Source: Bacilli bacterium (lineage in GTDB: Bacteria > Bacillota_I > Bacilli_A > ML615J-28 > CAG-313). From it: a stretch of 64,000 nt of DNA. Under the pieces are notes generated by a model that ran no database searches, was not told where the DNA came from, and was given only the letters and a program-made list of their open reading frames with translations. Below, one piece after another: positions 10,125 to 19,638 of the stretch. Numbering within the stretch: position 1 is the stretch's first letter; each line of letters begins with the position of its first letter. Location: positions 26,859 through 90,858 of the forward strand of contig DAOSEC010000003.1 in NCBI GenBank assembly GCA_035362935.1. The letters run 5' to 3'. A program made the position numbers and the translations under genes.

Positions 10125-11085
10125 TATGCAAGATGTTGTCATCGTCTTAGATGAAGAAGAACGAATCGTATCTGTCGTACCATCGAATTCAATCTATTCT
10201 ACTTTATTGAATCAACCGATCTCTTTGTTGATTCCAAAGGAAGAACAACCCCATTACACAAAATTCCGAACCCAATTACGATAAGATCATACTGTGGTTT
10301 CCTTTCCGATGAAGGTGAATGTGTTTGGAGAATCTTATGCTTGTTACTTCAATGGATTCCATGATCAAACTTCGCTGTTTATCACAATTTTATATCATAG
10401 TCATACCGATAACGATGTTTTAAAAAAAATGATGATGTTAAACTCGCAACAAATCAATGAATTGCGTGCCCTTTATAAAAGCATTCATTCTCAAGATGTG
10501 AAGGCTTATGAGGAGATATCAAAACTGAACTCGGAATTGCTCAATTCCAAGCGAATCATTGAAAAACAAAATGCCGAACTACAAGGATACAATAAACTAC
10601 TCAAAAAAATGGCTACCGAAGATGCATTAACAGGATGTTTCAATCGTCGACATTTTTATGAGTTTATGAGAGAACAAATTTTCCCTGATCAAAACAAAAG
10701 TCAAAGTGCGATTGTTATGATTGATTTTAACTACTTTAAATTAGTAAACGATCAATTTGGACATGATGCGGGGGATCGATTGTTAATTACATTTGTTCAA
10801 ATTGCCAAGCAAGTACTGCTTGGAGTTGGTGAAATTTATCGATTGGGTGGAGATGAATTTATTCTATATTTTCCAAAGAAGACAGAAGAGGAAGCTCTCA
10901 ACTATCTAAGTAGCATTACAGATACGTTTGCGAAACATTCATCGATTGTGACATTGGCTTATGGAATATCCACATTTGATCATCATTTGATCAATTACGA
11001 TCATGATTTGACCGTATTAATCCGAAAAGTGGATGAACTAATGTACGAAAACAAAAATCAAATGAAAGTACAGCATCGTTCTTAA
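10117..11085 (+). pseudogene. PAS-GGDEF diguanylate cyclase with an in-frame TAA at 10282-10284
   Basis: An ATG at 10117 overlaps the previous stop (ATGGATAA) and opens a 55-codon PAS-like N-terminus (VVIVLDEEERIVSVVPSN...). After one TAA the same frame continues into the track ORF 10294-11085. That ORF holds the rest of the PAS fold, a coiled coil and an intact GGDEF domain (LTGCFNRRHF, RLGGDEF). Confidence 0.55.
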
Positions 11086-11094
11086 AAAAACGTG

Positions 11095-11124
11095 AAAGTA
11101 GGTGAGGCTTCACCTACTTTTTTA
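11095..11124 (+). terminator. Rho-independent terminator
   Basis: aaagtaggtga-ggct-tcacctacttt followed by a T-run. Confidence 0.85.
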
Positions 11125-11216
11125 TGAAAAGGTTTTACATCAATTGCTACCAATCAAAAGCGAGTTATGATATAATTGAGGTAATCAAAAGTGAATGAGT
11201 AAACGAGGCGAATGTC

Positions 11217-11774
11217 ATGAACATTGTATTTGGAGGATCCTTCAATCCACCGACGATTGCACATTATGAAATCATCAAATATTTATATCATCGCTACGAT
11301 CATGCAACCATTGTCTTATTACCAAACGCAACGATCTATCCAAGAAAAGAACTAGCATCGAATGTTCACCGTTTGGCAATGCTAGAACTCCTGATTGAGG
11401 AGTTTCGCGATCGGACCACGATTTCCACCATAGAAATGGAAAAAGTAACCTTTGAAGGAACATATTACACACTAAAGTTATTTGAAGATCCTTATTTTGT
11501 GATTGGAACAGATAATTTACAGGATCTACCGACGTGGATTCAGTACCAAGATTTGGTCAAAGACAATCATTTTTTGGTACTCAAGCGGCGTGGATATGAT
11601 TTTAATGAAATGATTAACCAAAATTCCTATTTGAGGCAATATCAATCTCATTTCATATATTTAAGTGACTTTAATGAAGTCAATGCGTCTTCATCTTCAT
11701 TTCGCCAAAACAAAGATTTTTCACTTGTGAATCAAAAAATAAAAGAGTACATCAATGAGCATCAGCTCTACTAG
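11217..11774 (+). CDS. nadD: Nicotinate-nucleotide adenylyltransferase
   Basis: GGSFNPPTIAH nucleotidyltransferase motif. Size and position upstream of nadE fit. Confidence 0.85.
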   Translation: MNIVFGGSFNPPTIAHYEIIKYLYHRYDHATIVLLPNATIYPRKELASNVHRLAMLELLIEEFRDRTTISTIEMEKVTFEGTYYTLKLFEDPYFVIGTDNLQDLPTWIQYQDLVKDNHFLVLKRRGYDFNEMINQNSYLRQYQSHFIYLSDFNEVNASSSSFRQNKDFSLVNQKIKEYINEHQLY

Positions 11775-11786
11775 GAGGAAAAACAC

Positions 11787-13667
11787 ATGTATCATCAAGG
11801 TTTTCTAAAAGTTGCATCTGCGGTTCCAGTTGTAACATTAGGCGATCCTTTACAAAATGTCAAACAGATTCTATCAATTTTAACCATTATGGAACAAAAG
11901 AAAGTATCTTGTGTTCTCTTACCAGAACTTGCGATTACAGGATATTCAGCGGGAGATCTCTTTTTCCAAAAATATCTATTAGAAGCAAGCGATGAAGCAG
12001 TCGCTTATTTGTTAAAACACAATCCATATCAAGGCGTTGTCATTTTTGGTAGTGTATTCAATTATCAAGAAGTGCTCTACAATTGTGCGATTGTCATGCA
12101 AAAGGATAAAATGTTAGGAATCATTCCAAAGATTCATCTACCTCAAACCAAAGAATTCTATGAAGCTCGTTGGTTTGCATCTGGAGAAGAAATCGTCAAA
12201 AAGGTGACCAAAGTTTCCTATTTGGGACAAGAAGTACCATTTGGAAACATCATCTTTACCAATCAAGAACATAAGATAAACTTTGGAGCAGAAGTTTGTG
12301 CCGATATTTGGGCACCGGTTTCTCCTCACATTGAGCTATACGCCAACGATGCCCACATTGTTTTCAACCCATCAGCAAGCGATGAATACATCGGGAAAAA
12401 CGAAACCAGAAGAATGTTGCTTCAAGCAACCACCTATAAATGGAATGGCGCTTATGTCTATGTTTCTACAGGTGCTAGCGAATCGAGCAGCGAAGTGGTC
12501 TTTTCAGGGCATAAAATCATCTCTGAACGTGGAAAAATCGTCAGTGACGATGATTCACTCACCCTTCACAACGAATTGCTATTTGGTGATTTGGATATGG
12601 ATGCGATTAAAAATGATCGCAGAAACAATGGATGGTTCAAGCTATCCAAAGATCAAATTCGTAAAACATCTCACAACAAGTATCAAACTGTGTTCTTTGA
12701 TCTACCATTTACTGGAGGATTTATTTTCGAAAAAAAGTTTGATACCAGTCCATTTGTAACGCATGCCACTCCCAGGCTTGAAAAAGCCATTCAAATCCAA
12801 TCGGTAGCTCTTCAAAAAAGACTATCCCACATTGGAATTGATAAAGTGGTGATTGGCGTATCAGGAGGACTGGATTCTACACTGGCTTTGTTATCCACCT
12901 ATGTTGCCTTTACGGATGCTGGGATCTCACCAAAAAACATCATTGGAGTGACGATGCCTTCAAGCAATACCAGCAGCCGTACCCTTCAAAATGCACGACT
13001 CTTAATGAAAGCACTCGGTGTAACAATCAAAGAAATATCGATTCATGACCAAGTGGTAGAAGGACTAGCTAAAATCGAGCATTCGAATCAAAAAGATGTT
13101 ACGTATGAAAATGCACATGCTAGATACCGAACGATGATTTTAATGAATTTGGCCAATCAAGAACAGGCGATTTGTTTAGGAACAGGAGACATGAGTGAAG
13201 TTGCTTTGGGATGGTCAACCTTTAATGGCGACCATATGGCAATGTATGGTTTGAATGCGGGTATTCCAAAAACAGTCATTGTGAAAATGGTGGAACATTT
13301 CGCAAACCGATTACCAAACTTGAAACAAGTATTGCTTGATATTGTGAATACACCAATTTCACCAGAATTATCGAGTCAAGATCAGTTAACCGAAGCGATC
13401 ATTGGAACCTATCAAATCAATGATTTCATTATGTATCGTTTCTTAGTAACAGGCGATACACCAAATAGAATCGATTATCTACTACAAACACAAGTGGGAC
13501 TTTCGAAAGAAGACGCAAGTCTATATGTGAAACGCTTTATCCAACGTTTCTATCAAAATCAATACAAACGAGCAACCTCACCGGAAGCCGTTAAAATTGT
13601 TCCACTTTCCTTATCACCAAGAACTGAATTACGGATTGTTGGTGACATCAATTACATCAATGAATAG
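11787..13667 (+). CDS. nadE: Glutamine-dependent NAD+ synthetase (CN-hydrolase + synthetase domains)
   Basis: N-terminal nitrilase-like glutaminase domain and C-terminal PP-loop GVSGGLDS. RBS AGGAGG upstream. Confidence 0.9.
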   Translation: MYHQGFLKVASAVPVVTLGDPLQNVKQILSILTIMEQKKVSCVLLPELAITGYSAGDLFFQKYLLEASDEAVAYLLKHNPYQGVVIFGSVFNYQEVLYNCAIVMQKDKMLGIIPKIHLPQTKEFYEARWFASGEEIVKKVTKVSYLGQEVPFGNIIFTNQEHKINFGAEVCADIWAPVSPHIELYANDAHIVFNPSASDEYIGKNETRRMLLQATTYKWNGAYVYVSTGASESSSEVVFSGHKIISERGKIVSDDDSLTLHNELLFGDLDMDAIKNDRRNNGWFKLSKDQIRKTSHNKYQTVFFDLPFTGGFIFEKKFDTSPFVTHATPRLEKAIQIQSVALQKRLSHIGIDKVVIGVSGGLDSTLALLSTYVAFTDAGISPKNIIGVTMPSSNTSSRTLQNARLLMKALGVTIKEISIHDQVVEGLAKIEHSNQKDVTYENAHARYRTMILMNLANQEQAICLGTGDMSEVALGWSTFNGDHMAMYGLNAGIPKTVIVKMVEHFANRLPNLKQVLLDIVNTPISPELSSQDQLTEAIIGTYQINDFIMYRFLVTGDTPNRIDYLLQTQVGLSKEDASLYVKRFIQRFYQNQYKRATSPEAVKIVPLSLSPRTELRIVGDINYINE

Positions 13668-13680
13668 GTTCGTTGTATTT
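13654..13680. repeat. 27-bp direct repeat, copy 1 (last 4 codons of nadE + stop + 12 nt)
   Basis: acatcaatgaataggttcgttgtattt, identical to 16681-16707. Confidence 0.95.
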
Positions 13681-13707
13681 TAATTTGCTATATTAATCCA
13701 TAATCGC

Positions 13708-13736
13708 TTGCTTTTTTCATGTAAAAATGGTATATT
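13708..13736 (+). promoter_or_regulatory. Promoter of the pnt operon
   Basis: TTGCTT - 17 nt - TATATT, bracketed by the inverted repeat ttttcatgtaa (13714-13724) / ttacatgtgaaaa (13738-13750). Confidence 0.5.
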
Positions 13737-13763
13737 CTTACATGTGAAAAGAGGCGATTTTTT

Positions 13764-14927
13764 ATGATTATCGGTATTCCAAAGGAAATACTTCATGGTG
13801 AGTCAAGAGTATCAGCGACTCCAGAAACTGTAAAAAAGATGGTACAAGATGGACACAAAGTTTTAGTAGAGGTAAATGCAGGGGAAAATGCATTTTATCA
13901 TGATGATGATTACCAAGCAGCAGGAGCTATTTTGGTTGATTGTCCTAAAGATATTTTTACTAAAGCTGATGTCATTTTAAAAGTAAAAGAACCACAATTC
14001 AATGAAAAATTAAAAGAACATGAAATCGATTGGATGCATCAAGGCCAAACAATCATTACTTTCTTGCATCCGGCATCTCCAAATAATCATGAGATGATAA
14101 AAAGATTAACAGATAAAGGAGTTATAGCCCTAACTCTAGATGGTGTCCCTCGTATTAGCCGTGCGCAATCTATGGATGCTTTATCATCCATGAGTACATG
14201 TGCCGGTTATAAGGGTATTTTAATTGCAGCTAATAGTATTGGTAAATTTATGCCAATGATTGGCTCTGCTGTTGGTATGATAAAACCAGCAAATGTTTTG
14301 GTCATTGGAACAGGTGTTGCTGGATTGCGTGCAATTGCAACTGCAAAAGGATTGGGTTCAGTTGTATATTCAACAGATATTCGTGCCGAAGCAAACGAAC
14401 AAGCAAAATCATTGGGTGCCAAAATTGTTGAAACTGGCGTTCCAAGTGAAATCGCAGTCAGCAGTGATGGAAAACATGCTAATAAATTGAGCGATAAATG
14501 GTTGGAAGTTGAAAAAGAACATTTAAAAGACATTGTATCAAAATCAGATATCATTTTCTTATCAGCATTGGTCTTTGGAAAACGAGCACCAATTATTATT
14601 GATCAAGAAATGATTAAGCTTATGAAACCAGGTTCTTACATTATTGATATTTCGATAGACCAAGGTGGAAATTGTGTTGCCACAAAAGCTGGAGAAGTGA
14701 TAAATCAATTTGGAGTTTCTATTGATGGAACCAAAAATATTCCTGGAATGTTGCCAACTTCATCAACATGGATGTTTGCACAAAATATTTATAATTTGCT
14801 GAAATATATGGTAAAAAATGATCAAATCAATTTAGACTTAAATGATGAAATTACTTCTTCCATATTAGTATGCTATAATCGTAAATTGGTTCATGAAGGC
14901 ACTTTAGAGGCAATGGGATTGAAATAA
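13764..14927 (+). CDS. pntAA: NAD(P) transhydrogenase subunit alpha, part 1 (dI)
   Basis: Alanine-dehydrogenase/PNT fold with Rossmann motif VIGTGVAGL. Followed by the small membrane dII part and the beta subunit. Confidence 0.92.
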   Translation: MIIGIPKEILHGESRVSATPETVKKMVQDGHKVLVEVNAGENAFYHDDDYQAAGAILVDCPKDIFTKADVILKVKEPQFNEKLKEHEIDWMHQGQTIITFLHPASPNNHEMIKRLTDKGVIALTLDGVPRISRAQSMDALSSMSTCAGYKGILIAANSIGKFMPMIGSAVGMIKPANVLVIGTGVAGLRAIATAKGLGSVVYSTDIRAEANEQAKSLGAKIVETGVPSEIAVSSDGKHANKLSDKWLEVEKEHLKDIVSKSDIIFLSALVFGKRAPIIIDQEMIKLMKPGSYIIDISIDQGGNCVATKAGEVINQFGVSIDGTKNIPGMLPTSSTWMFAQNIYNLLKYMVKNDQINLDLNDEITSSILVCYNRKLVHEGTLEAMGLK

Positions 14928-15235
14928 TGGAAATTATTCTTGTCGCTGTATTTTTAGTATCAACCATTCTTGGATATATTTTAATTAATAATGTTCCATC
15001 TTTATTACATACACCTTTAATGAGTGGTATGAATGCATTATCAGGAATCACCATCGTTGGTGCTTTGATTGCTACTGCTATCGTTTCTAAGGGAACAAAT
15101 GGAATAGTCTCATCCTTGTTTGGTGGACTAGCCATTATTGTTGCCTCCATCAATGTATTTGGGGGGTTTGGGGTGACTGATCGTATGTTAAAGATGTTTA
15201 AAAAGAAAGAAAAGCGAGTTGAATCACATGATTGA
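14927..15235 (+). CDS. pntAB: NAD(P) transhydrogenase subunit alpha, part 2 (membrane)
   Basis: 102-aa protein with three TM segments. ATAATG start/stop overlap with pntAA. Confidence 0.88.
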   Translation: MEIILVAVFLVSTILGYILINNVPSLLHTPLMSGMNALSGITIVGALIATAIVSKGTNGIVSSLFGGLAIIVASINVFGGFGVTDRMLKMFKKKEKRVESHD

Positions 15236-16622
15236 GTTTTTCCAAAATGATCTCGCATATTACATTGTTTCTGGAGTTTTGGCTTTATTAGTCATGTTTG
15301 GCATTTTCTTAATGAGTAAAGTCGAAAAAGCTCGTTTGGGAAATGGAATAAGTGCATTCAGCATGTTGCTTGCAATTATAATTACTTTATTGAGACATGA
15401 AATATTAAGTGTTTATGCACTATATATTTTCTTAGCCATTGGGGCTGTGATTGGATTATTCATTGCTATTAAAGTCAAGATGATTGAAACCCCGCAATTA
15501 ATTGCGATGCTAAATGGTCTTGGTGGCTTGGCCTCCACAATCGTAGGTGGTTTTGCCTTATTAAAGATTGGTGCAAATGGCGATGTATTTAGTCAAATGA
15601 CTGCAATCATTGCTCTTTTAATCGGAAGTATTACTTTTATTGGAAGTTTGGTTGCTGCCTTAAAACTTGCAAGAAAAATGACGCAAAAACCGATTAACTT
15701 ACCACATCACTCGTTGATACTTGGTTGTTTATTAGTGCTCATTTTTGTTTTAATAATTTTAACTGCATTTGATTTGATAGCTCCAATTTTCGTTTTAATG
15801 ATTGCTGTTATCTTGTCAGGATTATTTGGCTTCATATTTACAATCAAAATTGGTGGAGCTGATATGCCAATCACCATTTCGCTATTAAATAGTTTATCCG
15901 GTGTTGCTGGAGCCATTACCGGACTAGCAATTGGAGATATATTACTTGTATCGATTGGTGGAATTGTAGGTGCCTCTGGATTGTTATTAACACAAATCAT
16001 GTGTAGAGCAATGAATAGAAAGTTGTTTGATATTCTTCTCGGAAAAACAAGTTCAAAAGGAAGTCAAGAACAAAAAATCGAAGTTGAAGAAAAGGTGCAA
16101 ACAAATGTAGTCATAACCGATCCAGTCGCTGTTATCAAACAAGCCAAAAATGTTATCATTGTACCAGGATATGGAATGGCAATTGCACAAGCTCAATATC
16201 AAGTAAAAGAGCTAGCTGACTTATTAAAAGAGCAAGGCGCAAGTGTGAAATTTGCTATACATCCTGTTGCCGGTAGAATGCCTGGTCACATGAATGTATT
16301 GCTTGCAGAAGTAGATGTTGATTATGATGATTTGTTCGAAATGGATGCCATTAATCCTGAATTTGAGAATGCAGATGTCACAATTGTTGTTGGTGCAAAT
16401 GACGTATTAAACCCTGCGGCAAGAAATCAACCAGATACTCCTTTGTATGGTATGCCAATTCTCAATGTGGATGAATCCAAAGAGGTATTTATTTTCAATT
16501 TTGATTTAAAACCTGGTTATTCTGGTGTAAATAATCCATTGTACCAAAAATCTAATGTTCACCTGTTTTTAGGAAATGCAAAAGATACATTAAGAGGGTT
16601 CTTAGAAAGTTTGAAAGGGTAA
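15219..16622 (+). CDS. pntB: NAD(P) transhydrogenase subunit beta
   Basis: Polytopic N-terminus plus dIII domain with PGYGMAIAQAQ and GANDV motifs. The start is either TTG 15219 or ATG 15228; I cannot decide between them. Confidence 0.92.
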   Translation: MNHMIEFFQNDLAYYIVSGVLALLVMFGIFLMSKVEKARLGNGISAFSMLLAIIITLLRHEILSVYALYIFLAIGAVIGLFIAIKVKMIETPQLIAMLNGLGGLASTIVGGFALLKIGANGDVFSQMTAIIALLIGSITFIGSLVAALKLARKMTQKPINLPHHSLILGCLLVLIFVLIILTAFDLIAPIFVLMIAVILSGLFGFIFTIKIGGADMPITISLLNSLSGVAGAITGLAIGDILLVSIGGIVGASGLLLTQIMCRAMNRKLFDILLGKTSSKGSQEQKIEVEEKVQTNVVITDPVAVIKQAKNVIIVPGYGMAIAQAQYQVKELADLLKEQGASVKFAIHPVAGRMPGHMNVLLAEVDVDYDDLFEMDAINPEFENADVTIVVGANDVLNPAARNQPDTPLYGMPILNVDESKEVFIFNFDLKPGYSGVNNPLYQKSNVHLFLGNAKDTLRGFLESLKG

Positions 16623-16638
16623 TTTTTACCCTTTTTTC
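16615..16638 (+). terminator. Rho-independent terminator
   Basis: aagggtaa-ttt-ttaccctt stem containing the stop codon, followed by a T-run. Confidence 0.6.
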
Positions 16639-16680
16639 TTTTGTTAATTTGGATAATAAACTGTCATTAAGTGTCGAAAC

Positions 16681-16707
16681 ACATCAATGAATAGGTTCGT
16701 TGTATTT
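16681..16707. repeat. 27-bp direct repeat, copy 2
   Basis: Identical to 13654-13680. Lies 4 nt upstream of the -35 of the valS leader promoter (TTTACA 16712-16717, TATAAT 16735-16740). Confidence 0.95.
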
Positions 16708-16744
16708 ATTCTTTACAAATCGATTTGGATTTGATATAATATGA

Positions 16745-16990
16745 TTTAGAAATTCGATGAAGAGGAAGAGTATATTTATACTAGCTTTACAGAAAGAAAC
16801 GGGTGATGAAACGTTTCATGATAGGTAAATAGAAGGTAGCCTTGGAGAAGTATATGGGAAATCATAGTACTGTATATCGTTTGTAACGCGTTAAGTTACT
16901 TGAGTGCATTGATTTGTTAAAAAATCAATGAATGAAGGTGGTACCACGGATTAAAACGTTCGTCCTTTTTTAGGACGAACGTTTTTTATA
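16745..16990 (+). promoter_or_regulatory. T-box leader (tRNA-Val sensing) of valS
   Basis: Conserved T-box sequence AATGAAGGTGGTACCACGG (16930-16948). Stem-I distal motif cagaaagaaacgggtgatgaaac. Terminator aacgttcgtcc/ggacgaacgtt plus T-run (16955-16987). GUA triplets at 16825 and 16836 are candidate specifiers; I cannot assign one. Confidence 0.85.
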
Positions 16991-17002
16991 GGAGGAAACA
17001 AC

Positions 17003-19627
17003 ATGTTTAACGAACTTTTAAAACCAAAGTATGATTTTTTAGAGGTAGAACAAAACCGCTATCAGAGCTGGAATAAATCTGGCTATTTTAACTCTGGAGA
17101 CATTACGAGAAAACCATATACCGTCGTAATCCCACCTCCAAATGTCACAGGAAAGTTGCATTTAGGTCATGCATGGGATACCGCGTTACAAGATATCATC
17201 ATTCGAAAAAAACGAATGGAAGGATATGACGCACTTTGGCTACCTGGGATGGATCATGCTGGTATCGCAACCCAAGCCAAGATTGAAGAAAAATTACGAA
17301 AAGACGGAATCAGTCGTTACGATTTAGGTCGTGAGCGCTTTTTAGACGTAGCTTGGAGTTGGAAAGAAGAATATGCCCAAGCAATCAGAAGTCAATGGGC
17401 AACCTTAGGGTTATCTTTAGATTATAACAAAGAGCGCTTTACATTAGATGAAGGATTAAACGAGGCAGTCAATCATGTCTTTATCAAATTGTATGAAGAA
17501 GGATTGATTTACCGTGGATACCGCATTATCAACTGGGATTGCCAATCAAAAACGGCACTATCGAATGTTGAGGTAGAATACAAAGACATTGAAGGAGCAT
17601 TCTATCATTTTAACTACCTATTAGAAGATGGAAGTGGACATTTGACGATTGCAACAACGCGTCCGGAAACGATGTTTGGGGATGTTGCGTTAATGGTTCA
17701 TCCAGATGATACGAGATTTCAAGCTTATGTAGGAAAAAAAGTATATATTCCAACGACAAACCGCTTGATACCGGTTATTACGGATCATTATGTTGATATG
17801 GAATTTGGAACTGGGGTTGTGAAAGTAACACCAGCTCACGATCCAAATGACTTTGAAGTTGGCATAAGACACGGGTTAGACCAACCGCTTTGTATGGAAG
17901 AAGATGGCAAAATGAACGATCTTGCTGGTAACTATTCAGGGCTAGACCGATTTGCTTGTCGAAAACAATTGGTTGAGGATTTGCTTAAAGCAAACCAATG
18001 TCCAAAGATCGAAAAGATGATACACGCAGTTGGTCATAGTGAACGTACTGGAGTGATTGTGGAACCAAGATTATCAAACCAATGGTTTGTTAAAATGGAC
18101 GTATTGGCTCGTGATGTTGCGAATATGCAAGCAAGTAGCGATACGAAGATTCATTTTGTTCCGGAACGATTTGAAAAAACATTCCAAAACTGGGTCGATA
18201 ACACCCAAGATTGGTGTATTTCAAGACAACTATGGTGGGGACACCGTATTCCTGCTTATTATAAGGATGATAACATTTACGTTGGTTTAACACCACCGGA
18301 TGCAACTTGGGTTCAAGATGATGATGTCCTAGACACTTGGTTTTCAAGTGCGTTATGGCCGTTTTCAACCTTAGGTTGGCCACACGAGACTCCAGATTTA
18401 TCAAGATACTTTCCAACCGATACGCTTGTCACTGGATATGACATCATATTCTTTTGGGTAGCTCGTATGGCGTTTCAATCCAAACACTTTATGAATAGCC
18501 GTCCGTTCAAACATGTGTTGATACATGGGCTCATTCGCGACGAACAAGGGAGAAAAATGTCAAAATCCCTCGGAAATGGTGTTGACCCAATGGACTTAGT
18601 AGAACAGTATGGAGCAGATAGTTTACGCTATTTTCTAACGACCAATGCAAGTCCTGGACAAGATTTGCGATTTAGTGATGAAAAGATTGCATCAAGTTGG
18701 AATTACATCAATAAAATATGGAATATTTCACGCTTCATTCAAATGAATTTAGATGCATTCAATTATCAAAATGAAGCGATCAATGAATCGATGTTATCCA
18801 CAATTGACCGCTGGATTTTAAGCCAAATGAATGAATTAATCGATACCGTAGACGATCTTTATGAACGATTTGAATTTGGTGAGTTAGCAAAACTGATTTA
18901 CAATTTTGTATGGGACGATTTCGCAAGTTGGTATATTGAATTGACAAAAGTCGTATTTTCGACTGGGTCGCATGATCAAAAAATCAATACTTGTGCAGTT
19001 TTAAAACATGTGTTAACAACAATTTTAAAATTATTACACCCAATCATTCCGTTTGTTACCGATGCAGTTTATGAAGTGTTCTATCAAACTTCAATTATGA
19101 CTTCAGCATGGCCAACACCATTTGCCAATGTCAATGGGTATGATACGGAACTTATGCGAGCATTGTTTGATACGATTACATCCGTTCGCAATATTCGTTC
19201 TCTGAAAAACGTGGTTCCAAGCAAACCAGTGGAGTTAATCCTTTCTGTAAGCGATCGAGCATTAAAAGAAGCGCTTATGAGTCATTCGAATTATTTGACG
19301 CGATTTACGAATGCAGATCCGCTTCGCATCACCAATCAATCCGATACCGCAGAAGATATGGTAGTTGAAGTTTTGACCAATGTTACGGTTATGATTCCAT
19401 TATCTGGACTGATTGATGTGGAAAAAGAAATTGAAAAATTAGAAAACGATTTGGTAAAACTAGAAGAAGAAATCAAGCGAAGCAAACAAATGCTTGAAAA
19501 TCCAAGATTTGTTGAAAAAGCTCCAGCACAAAAAGTAACATTAGAACAAGATAAATTAGATAATTACATACAACAGTTAGAAGAAACAAAAAAACGTATG
19601 CTTGAGATCAAAGCACTCAGAAAATAG
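17003..19627 (+). CDS. valS: Valyl-tRNA synthetase
   Basis: HIGH motif (PNVTGKLHLGHA), KMSKS, and a C-terminal coiled coil. Confidence 0.97.
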   Translation: MFNELLKPKYDFLEVEQNRYQSWNKSGYFNSGDITRKPYTVVIPPPNVTGKLHLGHAWDTALQDIIIRKKRMEGYDALWLPGMDHAGIATQAKIEEKLRKDGISRYDLGRERFLDVAWSWKEEYAQAIRSQWATLGLSLDYNKERFTLDEGLNEAVNHVFIKLYEEGLIYRGYRIINWDCQSKTALSNVEVEYKDIEGAFYHFNYLLEDGSGHLTIATTRPETMFGDVALMVHPDDTRFQAYVGKKVYIPTTNRLIPVITDHYVDMEFGTGVVKVTPAHDPNDFEVGIRHGLDQPLCMEEDGKMNDLAGNYSGLDRFACRKQLVEDLLKANQCPKIEKMIHAVGHSERTGVIVEPRLSNQWFVKMDVLARDVANMQASSDTKIHFVPERFEKTFQNWVDNTQDWCISRQLWWGHRIPAYYKDDNIYVGLTPPDATWVQDDDVLDTWFSSALWPFSTLGWPHETPDLSRYFPTDTLVTGYDIIFFWVARMAFQSKHFMNSRPFKHVLIHGLIRDEQGRKMSKSLGNGVDPMDLVEQYGADSLRYFLTTNASPGQDLRFSDEKIASSWNYINKIWNISRFIQMNLDAFNYQNEAINESMLSTIDRWILSQMNELIDTVDDLYERFEFGELAKLIYNFVWDDFASWYIELTKVVFSTGSHDQKINTCAVLKHVLTTILKLLHPIIPFVTDAVYEVFYQTSIMTSAWPTPFANVNGYDTELMRALFDTITSVRNIRSLKNVVPSKPVELILSVSDRALKEALMSHSNYLTRFTNADPLRITNQSDTAEDMVVEVLTNVTVMIPLSGLIDVEKEIEKLENDLVKLEEEIKRSKQMLENPRFVEKAPAQKVTLEQDKLDNYIQQLEETKKRMLEIKALRK

Positions 19628-19638
19628 GTGAATACAAA

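Noticed and set aside
12283-12759. 158-aa ORF in an alternative frame within nadE
   Set aside because: It is embedded in the well-supported NadE frame with no independent signals. The same reasoning applies to 14207-14554 (-), 14851-15258 (-), 15707-16000 (-), 18090-18416 (-) and the other short track ORFs inside confident genes.
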